A stretch of DNA of 64,000 bases from Eledone cirrhosa (taxonomy: Eukaryota), in contig OZ024741.1 in NCBI GenBank assembly GCA_964016885.1, forward strand, positions 379,006,001 to 379,070,000, written 5' to 3'. The notes under the pieces were generated by a model that had not been told where the DNA came from, did no database searches, and was given only the letters and a program-made list of their open reading frames with translations. Shown piece by piece: positions 1-14,609 of this stretch. The translations under genes and the position numbers were made by a program. Every line of letters begins with the position of its first letter. Position 1 is the first letter of the stretch.

Positions 1-90
1 TCATTATACACTATGATAAATCTTTGATCATTCGGACCAATTAACGTAGATATTCAAAATATATATGTATATGTAATTATATAAAATATA

Positions 91-122
<32 letters not shown>

Positions 123-1679
123 ATTTAATGATTACAATTGTCATATATATCTGTGTTCTATCTGCTAAATGTGTTATTACATAATTACTAATATCTAATT
201 AAATGTGGTATGGTTATATGTATACTAATGTAATTAAGTAATTGTAATTAAGTTATATATTACATTTAAAAAGAAATATATATGTATTATATTAATATAA
301 CAAGGGTCAAAGGGAAGTAATCCCTTAAGCTAGATTGTTAATGATTAATATAAACCTTTCATACGAGTTATTGCATACATGTTTGTGTTGTGGATTTAAT
401 GGAATTAATATACTAAAACAATAAAACTAGTTAATACTCTTATATTATATGAAAGTGTGATTCAACCTGTATATTATTCCAATAAAAAGTAGTTGATGAG
501 TAGGTGAACAGTATCTGAATGAACTTTTATTTATATAGAGTATTGCCTTAATATCAATATATGCAATAGTGTACATAACTGATAGATTATTTGGTTATTA
601 TTTACATAGTATTGTTTCAATATAAATGCAGAAATAAACATAGAAAATATTCTAATTTAATTTATATTAGTCTATTATAATTTATTTAATAATTCTAACA
701 TTTTCTTTTATTTCAGAGATTATTTAGGTATTATTCTAATAGTTTTGATTCAAAATAAATACAGAAATAATAGTGGAAATTAATATAATTTAAATTATAT
801 TGAACTATTATTATATATCTACTAATTTACAAATAGTGTACTTCATAAAGTTATTAAAATTAAAGACAATAATTATCTATACTTGATTTTTATTATTATT
901 GATCATGAATTATTCAGTATTACAATTAAGCAAACTCAACCTATAAACAACAATTATGTGTATAATAAAAAATTGGGCATATTCATTATATATAGCAAAT
1001 TAACATTATTGGAGATTGAGAATTAGCAATTTCTTATATGAATTAGGATTAATTAATTTACGTTATTATTCATATAGTACTTAAATTGGAGCAAGTATTT
1101 AGAAGGACAAGTACATATAATTTCGAAACGCCTATTTAAATGGAGGCGCTAGAATTAATAATTAATTGACATTCAAGGAGGCAAAACCTACATATTGTAT
1201 TATTAGGTTTATATGCGGGGGATCTACCTAAAATTGTCCAAATTAAAATATATGGTATGTTCTTTTATTTCAAATCTCATACAAAGCTATCTAGTGATGT
1301 TACTTGTTTTAATTTGGGCTTTCTAAATGAGAGAGTATGGGAGCTGGATCTTGTTTCGACACTATCAGCTGTCGCTCCTATGTAGAGTTAAGAATGAATA
1401 GGTGTAATAACAACGCAACCATATAACACATTGTTGGCCAACCAGTTATCATTAAGCGGACATATTGCCTGGTATCTATAGTTACAATGTACACTATTAT
1501 TTGAATTATGGTGTGGTATATTATTTCTTACGATACTTATAATAAATGTATTATCAATGTTTCATTGTGTATGCATATAAATTGAAAAGTTAGTTGTAAT
1601 ATAGTGTGTCATAAAAATAGGTATTGTACTATTAGTATTATTAATTAAAGAGTTAATTTAGTTAGATGTATTCAATCAT

Positions 1680-1805
1680 TGTATCTTGCCATTCTGAGTT
1701 CAACTCCTGCCGAGGTTAACTTTGTCTTTCATCCTTATGGGGTCGATAAAATAAAGTACCAGTAATACACTGGGTATGGGCCAACAGTAGAAACAATTAT
1801 TATTA
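1680..1805 (+). mobile_element. tRNA-derived SINE, 5'-truncated
   Basis: B-box-like GAGTTCAACTCC followed by the family core TTTCATCCTTATGGGGTCGATAAAATAAAGTACCAGT shared by other copies in the window. Confidence 0.85.
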
Positions 1806-1939
1806 ATTATAGATGATCTCATTCATATGCTGTTATAATTTCATATTGTTACTAAAGGCTAAATGTTTGGTATGGTTAAGAAATATAGCATAATTGTATT
1901 GTTGTTAATAGACTAATTAACAAAAGAATCATTATCATT

Positions 1940-2020
1940 ATCTTCTTCTTCTTCTTCTTCTTCTTCTTCTTCTTCTTCTTCTTCTTCTTCTTCTTCTTCT
2001 TCTTCTTCTTCTTCTTCTTC
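1940..2020. repeat. (TTC)n microsatellite
   Basis: Perfect trinucleotide run; explains the poly-E ORF 1913..2113. Confidence 0.95.
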
Positions 2021-2740
2021 TGCCAATTGGATTTGCCCGTCAAATCTGTGCAGCGATTCTTTACTTAGACACTCTAACAGCATGCCCCTATTACGGAAGA
2101 TGTGAACTCTCACTTTGGAGAAGTAGCGGCTCTAGCTTATGTCTCGATAACGGTACGCCAACGACAATTCAGAGGAGTTCATTTCGGCCGCTTGTATTCG
2201 CGACCGTAATCATTTGGTCAGTATGCAATGTTCATGACCATATTTAACGTTTAGACTGAATACCGAATTGAAAGTAGCGAATTCTGCTTTTACACTTGCC
2301 CCCTTGTTCTCATTACTGATAGAGGAAGCTGGTAAATTACCGCACCAGCTCTTGCAATTCTTGCACTTAATTCAGCTTTCTACCTTCCATCACTCGTCAA
2401 ACCGCCCCCAAGATAATTGAACGTTTCTACCTGCTTTAGTGTAACTCTATTTAACTATAGAGTGCACTGCGCAGGCTTGCTTTAGAGGACAAGTATCTTC
2501 ATTGCAAATGGATGTCGGAGATCACGTTCTGTCGAGTTGAGAAATATCATGCCATATGTAAATTCCAGCCGAGTGATTTTATGCTTGGCAATCGTGATAC
2601 TATTTCCAATCTGGCTGTGCATGTCAATCCCACTCCTGAAAATTGTGAACAGGGGTGGTGACAGTACGAACAACTGGTGATGTCCAACTACCACATTGAA
2701 TCTTTTCGATTTACCATCTTTCATACGAACACAACCTTTT
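2021..2740 (-). mobile_element. Decayed RTE-clade LINE, RT C-terminal region
   Basis: Minus-strand frames give ETFNYLGAVLTSDG, ARIARAG, KYGHE and KLEPLLLQSE, resembling RTE/Expander ORF2; broken by stops and frameshifts. Confidence 0.7.
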
Positions 2741-3839
2741 TAGTAATATCAAAGTTATTATAATTATGTCATACCAATGTGTCAAAAGCTGTACATTAGC
2801 ATGGCCATGGCAGATATCTTTTATAAAGGGCCAAGGTGACATCTCTCGTTAATATACGTTAGTTGCTCCTTTTTGCCTAGTTCTGTACATCTTTGTATTA
2901 TCTAGTGTTGCAAATCATCCCACAATAATAACATTAATTCCTCTTCAATTCGAAATAAGCCTAGCCATGAACAAAAGAAGTAAAAGGCGCATGCTTGCTC
3001 ACTGGATGAATACTATCGTCTTAGAAACATTATTATGTAAAACCGTAAACATTTGCTTTGAGAATTTAGATCAAGGTATTATACTTCGCAGTTAATATCT
3101 GAACAATAGCTACAATATGTTCTGTAGTTCTACATGCTACACGGTGTTCAGATTTCTATACGTTCATCCTCATATATTATCATTGCCACTTTTAGCAATA
3201 CTATGCGTGTGTTATACACAACAAAATTCCCGATGATCTGAACATGAATTAAATAAAAGCTGTTGATACTTCCATTGATAGTCCATGTTGATACTTCTAA
3301 TTTTGTTATAAATCTGAGGCAAATACATTTGACACTAGAGCAATAAATTAAATAGTATTTGAATAATTATGTTTAATATAGGTTATTTGCAAACATGGCG
3401 ACTGATATTCCTTCAGAAATGTTCTTCTTTATCTCATATTATGAGATATATTTCTTTGAAATGTCGCTATATATTTCTTTTAATACAATTTCCTAACATT
3501 GACGTTCAGTCGCAATGTTTAGTTTTAATATAATTGGTTGATTTTATTCAAAACCAATTATATTAAAACTGTTTTGTTGAAGCCAATTACTAGCTTTTCA
3601 GCCTTTTGAAATTTGGCAGAGAACAATTTAAAACTGTACTCAGAAAAAAAAAAAAAAAATTCAAATGTCTGCATTAAATGAGGAAAAATTGAAATCAAAC
3701 AAATATTAAGGAAAACAAAATGAAAAGAAATTGTGTAGAACCATATAAAAGTAGAAAAAAACTGAATCAAACGAAAAAAGATACAAATAATTATCAGTAA
3801 AATATATATCAAATAAACCTAATACGAAATGTTCATAAC

Positions 3840-4183
3840 ATAATAATAATGATAATAATAACAATAATAATAATAATAATGATAATAATAGCAATAATGA
3901 TGATGATGACGTCAATAATAATAACAATGCTTTTAATGCTAATTCTCTGCTACTTTTAATGCTAATTCTACTGCTACTTCTACCCCCTCTATTAATACTA
4001 CAAAAAAAAGTGCATTTAAAATATATTGAAGTTATGACATTATGTTTAGAATAATAGTGATTCATTTTATTTGCTACGTGTGCCACAAATATTGGGGAAG
4101 AAATAATAACAATGGTAATAGTATTATTAATAATATTACATAACTACTACTACTACTACTACTAATACCACTACTACTATTAT

Positions 4184-4233
<50 letters not shown>

Positions 4234-4346
4234 TTATAACTACTACTACTAATACTACTAATAATAATACTGCTACTAATACTACTACTACTACTACTAC
4301 TAATGCTACTACTACTACTAATAATAATAATATTACTAATACTACC

Positions 4347-4416
<70 letters not shown>

Positions 4417-4560
4417 ATACTACAACCAACAATAATAACAGTAATAATAACACTAACAGAAGAAAAAGAAATAGAAGAAGAGAAAGGAGAAACGAGGAGA
4501 ACGAGGAGGAGAAGGAGGACGGGCAGGAACGAGGAAGAAGAAGAAAAGGAAACAGAATAT
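3840..4560. repeat. (AAT)n, (ACT)n and GAA/GGA-rich simple repeats
   Basis: Trinucleotide runs visible directly. Confidence 0.9.
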
Positions 4561-5199
4561 TAACAATAACAACCACAAACATATTACTTTATTTCTTTAT
4601 TTAATTATTTATTTATTGTCGGCAACAATAATTACAATAATAATAAGAATAATACTAATACATGTATATCACAAAATATCTGACGGCTCTTATCCTCAAT
4701 CAATGATATTATAAAAGTGAAAAAATGCCAAAATTATAGAAAAGATAAAAATGGAAACGGTTAAATTAATAAAGGAATAAGAACCATCTTATTTTGTTCT
4801 TTACTTTACTTCTATAATATCCCCCAACACAGATGAATTCCTCTGATATGTAAGATTAAATTAAATGGATGTAACTTCTGTAAACAAAATATTCTTATAC
4901 AAAAAAGCAATACTAGAGAAAACAAAATACACATAGGGAAAATACAAACGCCAAAAAAATATATTGAAATTATGACAAAGAATTTAGTTCGATGATGGGG
5001 AATATTCATACGTGTACACATATATAAACATATATATGAATATATATATATACACAATCTCTAAATACGTGCATACCTATTGTTATGTATTTAGTCTATA
5101 CAATGTGTACATATATATACATATATATATGTATAGCGTGAAACTAATAATAATAACATTTGTACTACCTCTTTGTTTTTCTGTTTTTTGTTCTGTTTA

Positions 5200-6270
<1,071 letters not shown>

Positions 6271-6805
6271 AGAGGGAGAAAGAGATTCATATTAGTGTTA
6301 ATGCACAAGATATATCACTCACATACCGATACACATTTAGATAAATATGCAACGCCATTTATTCTAAATCAATGGAAATCAAATGGTTATCTTTATTTAG
6401 ATACGCGACATCAATACAAAAAGTCTCCCTATAGTATTTTAACAATATTGAATACAGATTTCACTAAACATGTTCTTTTGTCTTACAAAATCTACTTTCC
6501 GAATAGATCGTGTTCCATTTTTTAAAGTGATTATCTAAACTAATCTCGGGTCCCAGTCTATATAAAGTAGGGGAAAAGGTTAGAATGTTACATAAAGATA
6601 TTTTGAGGATTCGGCTTGACCTATGAAGACTTGTAATACAAATATTTGTCTGTTTGTGCATGTGTACTTGTGCGTACGTATCACATATTAAATGACTGTG
6701 TATACAGAATTAAGACAAGATTTAAACGGAAAATTATAAATAAATTATCAATACATCTCAAATTCATATATATATCCGTGCGTATGTGTGTGTGTTGTGT
6801 ATATA

Positions 6806-7175
6806 TATCTATACATATATATAAAACTGTAGTTGTCTGTGTGTGTGTGTCCTCATTTTTGCAAAGTCTATACAAATCCACATTTCTACTCCGATTGACT
6901 TCAAACTTGCATATTAAGTGCGGTCTAAAGATATTAACTGCCGGTTTTATTTTCTATGTTCTGTTGTTAAAGGGATGTTAGGAGTCGGTTATCGATCTGT
7001 CTGTATGTGTGGCTGTCCGCATTATGACATTATGACAAACATTGAAAACGTTTTATGTTCGCTATTTTCCGTTCATTGCCAAGGAACGTCTTCACGAACC
7101 AAAGTATCGGCTTCCAGTTTTCCTTCGGTTGCAACGTTTTTCGAAATACTTACCTCTGCGTTCACAGATTGATTT
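6806..7175 (+). mobile_element. Probable non-autonomous Helitron-type 5' portion
   Basis: Starts TCTATACATATATATAAAACTGTAGTTGTCTGTGTG and contains CCGATTGACTTCAAACTT, typical of such elements; 7065-7175 recurs at ~21760-21870. Confidence 0.45.
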
Positions 7176-7911
7176 TGTTAGTTAACGGTGAAAGCAAGCC
7201 ACCACAGTTGCCATTTCTTGTCAACTATCATTAACCTTTCGTGCGCCATTCATCTAACTGTAGACCAACAAATACCAACTAAACGGAGCCTTGACAAGAA
7301 CGATGGCGAATAAATCTTCGAGGTAAGCAGTTTCTTCTCGAGCTGTTAGTTCACGCGGGATCCTCTGCTACACATTTTCGTAACAATACCGAACAAGGTA
7401 CTGCTAGTCACTCCTTCCTCCAAAAGCCGTACAAAGTGGACATGTGCATCGGGCAGATGGATCGGGTGCAAATCTACACCAGGCCTACGCGAGAAATTCG
7501 CAAGGAACTGCACCGAGAGGGATAGAGAGAAAGAGTAAATTAGTGGAAAGAGTGCGAATGAACTTTTGAGGTAAGTAGCATACGCCTTAATGCTATTGCA
7601 CTGGAACCTTCTGCCGACTTAACCTGTGACTTTCTCTATCACATTTACTCCAATAGGCCAAATCAGATAAGTATGAAAAGAAGGAGCTCAACAATATTGT
7701 TATGAACAATGCACGTAGACAGCTAAACTGTACATTCAACTTCTTAATTTTGTCCAAATAAAACAAGTTTCATGTCGGTATATTTTCGCGACATTTTCAC
7801 AGACACTCACAAATAAATGTTTCTCATTGGAGGTGCTATTACCAATGTTCTTATTTGTGCAACGCCGGGATACACTGGTAGTATATATATATATATGTGT
7901 GTATATATATA

Positions 7912-7988
<77 letters not shown>

Positions 7989-7989
7989 T

Positions 7990-8229
7990 ATGTAACAAAC
8001 AACATAAGGCAATTATTCCATTTACCAGTGGTTTCTTAAAAGTAAAATAATTTGCTTTCAATCCTCAGAATGAAAAAATCCTGGTTTGTTTATTGAATAT
8101 GGATTTTAAAAACAAAAATAAAATCTATATGAAAGTGAAGCTGGAGAAAGAAAAAGGAAAGGAAAAATAAAATAAAACCACACATGCAAACACACACACA
8201 AACATACACACACACACAAAAGCATACAT

Positions 8230-8288
<59 letters not shown>

Positions 8289-8488
8289 CACTCATACATA
8301 CACACACACATATACAGATATATATGTGTATATAAATACACAGGTACACATACATATACACATACATGAATACACATACATAGCCATACACACATACATA
8401 TATATACATACATACATGCACACAATCATACCTATATACACACGTACATACATACACACACATACATAAATGCGTACATATGCATGTA

Positions 8489-8541
<53 letters not shown>

Positions 8542-8648
8542 TTGTAAAACTCAATATTAGATAATTCATATGAACCTTAAATATACATATATATAGTAGT
8601 AATGTAATAAGCAACATAAGGCAATTATTCCATTCACCAGTGGTTTCT
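7990..8648 (-). repeat. Inverted PLE terminal repeat (pLTR) copy at the 5' junction of the truncated PLE
   Basis: Reverse complement of ~10320-10440 plus ~10950-11560; broken inside the HHR at ~8648 where PLE coding sequence begins. Confidence 0.8.
8016..8075 (-). ncRNA. Type I hammerhead ribozyme (pLTR family)
   Basis: Minus: TTTCATT-CTGAGGA-TTGAAAGCAAATTATTTTACTTTTAA-GAAA-CCACTGG-TA-AATGGAA; stems I-III form, GUA cleavage triplet. Confidence 0.8.
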
Positions 8649-9488
8649 AAAATTAGCCGTAGGATTTCTACCTTATCCCCATCTATAGACATTTTCAATA
8701 AAGCCGCCCCTTATGATAATAAAGCCCTTAAGAACAGCGGTTTTACAGAAAAAAAAATGATTACTCACCTACCCCCCCCACCCTAAAACTAACCACAATA
8801 ACAGGAAAAGGAAAATGATTTGGTTCACACAACCTTCGCTCTAACTGTCAAAACTAATGTAGGAAGGAAATTCCTTGAACTCTTAGACAAACATTTTCCT
8901 CCTAATCATAGACATTATAAGATATTTAATAGGAACGTAGTTAAGATCAGTTACTCTTGTTTCCCATCTATGAAGTCCAAGATCACTAGTTCAAATCATA
9001 CGAGAACAAATCCAGGATGCAGTTGCAGGAAGCCGGATGAATGCCCATTGCAGGGTAAATGTAACACCAAATCTGTTGTTTATGAGGCTAAAATAACACC
9101 GCTAATCAACAACCAGCCAGCCAGGAGTGAGCGATATGTCGGTATGACCCAGGACAGTTTTAAAACCAGATTTTACTCACATGTCGCTTCTTTTAAGCAC
9201 TCCGATAAACGAACATCAACGGCCCTCGCAAGTAAGGTGTGGGAATTCAAGGATAGTAACATCCCGTACTCTATCGATTGGTCTATCTGAGACCATTCGA
9301 GGGAGTACCAAAGGGGCACAGAGAATTGTTCTTTGTGTACCACAGAAAAATATAGGATTTTGCTAAACTGAAGATCCGCTTCTGCTTGCCATATCTCAAA
9401 GACTGAGATCTTCAGATATTGTCCTCATCTGAAATCACATCTGATCTGCAACTGGATTGACACTCCTATGATAAATCAACCGCCTTGA
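8645..9488 (+). pseudogene. Penelope-like element (Naiad-like) RT thumb, linker and GIY-YIG endonuclease, 5'-truncated
   Basis: SRRISTLS...ALKNSGF, KTNVGRKFLELLDKHFP, IFNRNVVKISYSC, CSCRKPDECPLQGKC, VVYEA...YVGMT...FKTRFYSH; continues past TGA 9288 as CSLCTTEK...CPH. Confidence 0.9.
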
Positions 9489-9664
9489 ACTCCTTCTATG
9501 CTCTTTACTTCTGCTACGTTTTTTTTATTTGCTGATTCCACGTTCTGTACTCTTGTATTCTTTTTCTCCCTTATCTCCCCTTATATTTCACCTTATCCTA
9601 TGTCTCCCCCCCACCCATATATTCTTTTTGCCTTACCCTTCACATAGCAAAATGTATGTGTATG

Positions 9665-9771
<107 letters not shown>

Positions 9772-9807
9772 GTGTGTGTGTGTATATATATATGTATATG
9801 TAGATAG

Positions 9808-10260
9808 GGCAAAGGAGCTCTTAAGAGTCAATGGCCATCCAAAATCACCGGGAGAGATGACCCCTTAGTCTTTGTCAAGGCAGAATTCTAGGAGGAGGAA
9901 AACTCTGATATAACACCTGCAACCCTGATGGTATCCAATGATGTTGACTTGTTCTTCTTTTTGGTAAATATCATCTTGTTTAAGAGAGTGGGACTGGCTT
10001 TGTGCAGTGCCTTTGCTCACTATAAAAGCTTCACGGCACAGGCATTGCTTTATATCTGGAGATCTCTCTGCACTTGTCGTCACATGGTTCCATGGGCCCA
10101 GCACTATGTGTCAATAATTGTGACAAGTGTAGTGTTTGTACCAGAGTTTTCAAGTCGCTGGCTGGACTAAAAAGTCACACTCTTTCAGCGCATCGGTAGG
10201 GGTTCTCCTACATGGATATAAAGTAGTGGCCGTACTGGAAAACGAGTTGGCAGCCACCAC
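9808..10260. mobile_element. Short LINE (RTE-like) 3' fragment with 10-bp target site duplication
   Basis: ATGTAGATAG at 9798-9807 and 10261-10270; plus-strand CSVCTRVFKSLAGLKSH..H zinc-finger-like terminus at ~10135-10200. Confidence 0.6.
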
Positions 10261-10270
10261 ATGTAGATAG

Positions 10271-10434
10271 ACCAGGTTTTTTCATTCTGAGGATTGAAGG
10301 CAACATTCTTTTGCTTTTATAAAACCACTGGTGAATGGAATAATTGCCTTATGTTGCTTATTACATTACTACTATATATATGTATATGTAACGTTCATAA
10401 GAATTATATAAGATTGAGTTTTACACACACACAC

Positions 10435-10469
<35 letters not shown>

Positions 10470-11560
10470 TAAATATATATGTATGTGTGTGTGTGGGTTT
10501 GTATTTGGTTGTGCGTGTTTACGACATGTACATATTTGTATGTGTATAATTGTATAGCTATGTATGTATGTGTGTGTATGTATATATATATATATATATA
10601 TGTGTGTATGTGTGTGTGTGTATTTTTATATATATATATATATATATGTGTGTATATGTGTGTGTATATATGTATAATAGTGTGTGCGCGTGTTTGTGTA
10701 TGTATTTGTGTATGTGTATGTATGTGTTTATGTATTTGTATATGTATATTTATGTGTGAGAGTGTGTGTATATTTTTACTTTTTCGTACGTATGTGTACG
10801 TGCATTTGTGTGTATTACTTACTACGCGTGTATGTTCATCTACTCGTCGTTTGTATCGCTGTCAACTGTATCTAGTCTTTATTATTATTTTATTTTTTTA
10901 TATATATTTTTCCTCATATTTATTTGCGTGTGTGAATATGTAGAGGTGTGTATATTTTTCTAATTTTGTACATGCATATGTACGCATTTATGTATGTGTA
11001 TGTATGTACGTGTGTATATAGGTATGATTGTGTGCATATATGTTGGTATGTATATGTAGGTGTGTATGGCTATATATGTGTATGTGTATGCATGTATGTA
11101 TATATATATATATATAAAGGTATATATAAATATATATATATATATATTTATATTTCTCTATATATATGTGTGTGTGGTTGTATATATGTATGTGTATGTA
11201 TGGATGCGTTGATATTTATGTGCGTATGTATGTATGTGTATATGTATGTGTACGTGTGTATTTATATACACATATATATGTGTATATGTGTGTGTGTATG
11301 TATGAGTGTATGTATATATATATATATATATATAAATGTGTGTGTGTGTGTATGCTTTTGTGTGTGTGTGTTTGCATGTGTGGTTTATTTTATTTTTCCT
11401 TTCTTTCTTCTTTCTCCAGCCTCACGTTCATATAGATTGGATTTTTGTTTTTATAATCCAAATTCAATAAACAGACCAGGATTATTTTCATTCTGAGGAT
11501 TGAAAGCAAAATGTTTTGCTTTTAAGAAACCACTGGTAAATGGAAAAATTGCCTTATGGT
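10271..11560 (+). repeat. PLE pLTR unit (~1.2 kb, microsatellite-filled) bounded by two HHR-containing direct repeats
   Basis: Direct repeat ~10270-10355 / ~11473-11560; the first HHR is mutated (AAAA for GAAA, GUG triplet), the second intact. Confidence 0.75.
11485..11546 (+). ncRNA. Type I hammerhead ribozyme (pLTR family), intact
   Basis: TTTTCATT-CTGAGGA-TTGAAAGCAAAATGTTTTGCTTTTAA-GAAA-CCACTGG-TA-AATGGAAA. Confidence 0.85.
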
Positions 11561-12241
11561 GTTTATTACATAGCTATTAAGCTCTGTTACCTACATAGAG
11601 CACTCTTTTTTACTGGACTTTTCCGACGGAATTACTTCATTTATATATATATATATACATATATATGTGTGTGGGTTGGTATATATACATGTATGTATAA
11701 TATATATATATATATATATGATATATACATATAAATACATAAATATATATGTTAGAACAGGCGATGATCATGTGAAATGTTCACAGAGGCATGGGATGAA
11801 TGCATAGACGAGCCTTCATCAAGGGTCCAGATTGGAGGTACTGTTAACAATTTAAAATCGAAATATTGGTAAATAGACACAATACTTCCTCTTCCATGCA
11901 TTTTAGTACATTAAATACGAAAGAGTAACTGTCAGCAGACAAGGTCAAATATCCCCATATGTTTATTTATGTATATCTAACTTAAACAATCTTGTTTCAT
12001 TTTAAATAGATAATTTCAGCTGCAAACATCTGCTAATAACGAACTTTACTGCGATCCCCAACATTATATCATCCTCGTACATTATTCCTCTATTATATCG
12101 ATTTAAATTATCAATACATTATATGGTAAAAAGGTAAGACGAAACTAATGTTCATTTAATATCTCCGATTTAAGACTCTTGTGTGTGTGTAGGTAGGTGT
12201 GTGTATGTTTGTGTAGGTGTGTATGTGTGTGTGTGTGTGTG

Positions 12242-12289
<48 letters not shown>

Positions 12290-12537
12290 TGTGTGTGTGT
12301 GTGTGTGTGTGCGTGTGTGTGCGTGTGAAAGTATATATACATTATATATATACTTTTCATATTGTGTGCTAACCAATGAGTAGAAATGGGCATTCTGGCA
12401 AGTTAATTTGGATGTAATACATTAAAGCACTCGGCGATGTGCAAATCAGTCCTTGTGTATGCACATAGTATGCCGTGGCTTGTGCAGGAACGGAGTTAAA
12501 TATTCATTTAAAAACAATAATATATATATATATATAT

Positions 12538-14170
12538 CAAAATGAAAATCCGAAGGCAAGGTAAAATTCCAATCATTTAATCACGACACATGTTTAAATA
12601 AGAGATAGATTGATTGTGAAGCCATGATCGATTATCACTGATCTCATCAGGTTAATATGAATTGTCTTCAAATTCTTGATATGAGGGAGAAAAATAACGA
12701 TGTTCTCTCACAGATTTCATTGCCCCATATGAAGACACACCAGTCAGAGACATGGCGAAGGCTATTAACTCCAGTTGAGGTCATAAACAATTACATATTT
12801 AGTATACCCAGTTAGTAATTGATTGCACACTCAGACATGACCGATTACGCGCACATACCTTTACTTTGAGATAACCTAACCATTGAGTTCTCTCAGTTGG
12901 GATATAGCTTGTCGTATTACACATTTAGTTAGGACCGATTACGCACTCTATACATAACTCTACACACAGTACCTGACATCGAGCTCCCATAATTACGACC
13001 GTCACGTTCCTACCGACTGAATATTGCACCAGGTTTTGATCCGTGATCATCTAACCATGGAGGAATGACTGTTACGGATTGAACAATAATACTGACAAAC
13101 CATTAATGGGCCTACACACATGCTTTGGATTTTACTATCCTGTGTTTTTTTTTACTTCAGCTTATGTGTTGGATAACACACCTCCACCACTCAAACAACT
13201 ATCTTAAAAGCTCATTGGCCCATATGACGGGAAATCGCACTTACGGACGCATTTACCCAATAACCAATGCTACACGGAGCTCTTTGCTGGCCTACATTGC
13301 GGTTGCTTGCACGCACGGATTTGGTGACTCGGATTCTGAATTGGACAGCGGTACATACTGAGTTCGATATTAGCTGATTGCTTGCTCTTCACATGGTTGT
13401 GTATATACCCGGACATACCCTTTTTTGGACGATTCGGATGTGTATATACCATAACATACACTTGAAGATGTGGATGTTACAATTCAATCTATACACGTAT
13501 AGCAGAACAATACACTGAACTTACTTGCTTGTGTGTGTGTGCTGTATGGGCGTTGGTTAACCCAATATTTCCAATATACATCGTCAAATTGAGATTTAAC
13601 CAATATAACTTCTGTTGTTTTGTGAACTAACATTCAGTGAGTGCTGTGTTGGTACATTCTTATATTTGTTTCCTTATATTTGTTTTTTCTCGGTCATCGC
13701 TTCAGTGTCTGTGAGAGCGTGTGTGTACCCACCCACACTAACTCTACAGGTTTAATAGTGTGTTGATGTGTGTGTATCTATGTATATATTTTTCTTTGAC
13801 CTCGAGCCGGTGAATGTGGGTGTGGAGTGTGTGTGTACCCACTCACATTAACTGTGACTGACTGTATCCCTACAGATTTGATGTCCAGCGTCTTTTGCAG
13901 CGATAGAAATCTGAAAACTTGTATGACCTCAACTGAAGTTAATAGCCGTCGTCGTGTTTCTGACTGGTGTGTCTTCATAGGAGGGAATGAATTCTGTAAG
14001 AGAACATCGTTATTTTTCTCCCTCATATCAAGAATTTGAAGACTATTCATTTTCACCTGATGAGATCAGTGATAATCGATCATGGCTTCACAATCGATCT
14101 ATATCTTATTGAAACATGTGTCGTGATTAAATGATTGGAATTTTACCTTGCCTTCGGATTTTCATTTTTA
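12538..14170. mobile_element. Element with ~245-bp inverted terminal repeats, each carrying an outward-facing HHR motif (PLE-type inverted pLTRs)
   Basis: 12538-12785 is the diverged reverse complement of 13921-14170. Confidence 0.75.
14053..14126 (+). ncRNA. Type I hammerhead ribozyme with enlarged stem II
   Basis: TCAC-CTGATGA-(47 nt)-GAAA-CATGTG-TC-GTGA; GUC triplet; the inverted copy near 12580-12655 has TAAA instead of GAAA. Confidence 0.6.
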
Positions 14171-14309
14171 TACTTATACTCCGTTTTACATCATCTAGTT
14201 GTTCCCTTGAATGGAATTGGAGATATACAAAAGCCTGGAGAACTTAGTATCGCTAACATAACGTTATTGGACAGTTTTACACAACCAACAATGCACCTTA
14301 CTATATAAC

Positions 14310-14377
<68 letters not shown>

Positions 14378-14609
14378 AGGTGCATTATTGGTTGTGTAAA
14401 AAGATCCAATAACTTTTTGTTACAAATATTAAGTTCTCCAGACTTTGTATACAGACGTACAGTATTATGTATATATATATACATACATGCACACATATAT
14501 ATATATATGTACGTATGGATTCACAGAACATTTATTATAATGCTTGGTGTGTTTGTAAACAAACATCCCTAATTAAGCCCTACAGTGTCTAGCAACCATC
14601 GTTGCTCAT

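Noticed and set aside
1338-1372. HHR-like remnant (minus GGAGC-GACA..TGTC-GAAA-CAAGATC-CAGCTCC)
   Set aside because: CUGANGA box absent at the required position
1-1670. Possible mitochondrial insertion (very AT-rich)
   Set aside because: No mitochondrial gene, rRNA or tRNA recognisable by eye
4652-4705. HHR-like string on minus (TTGAGGA...GATA-TACATGTA-TT)
   Set aside because: Both core boxes deviate and stem I is poor; could be chance in AT-rich DNA
9288-9371. In-frame TGA codons (9288, 9369; also 43504) as selenocysteine, as reported for some Naiad PLEs
   Set aside because: They are not at conserved Cys positions, fit CGA>TGA decay (43504 is the Arg of STIRPLH), and I found no SECIS
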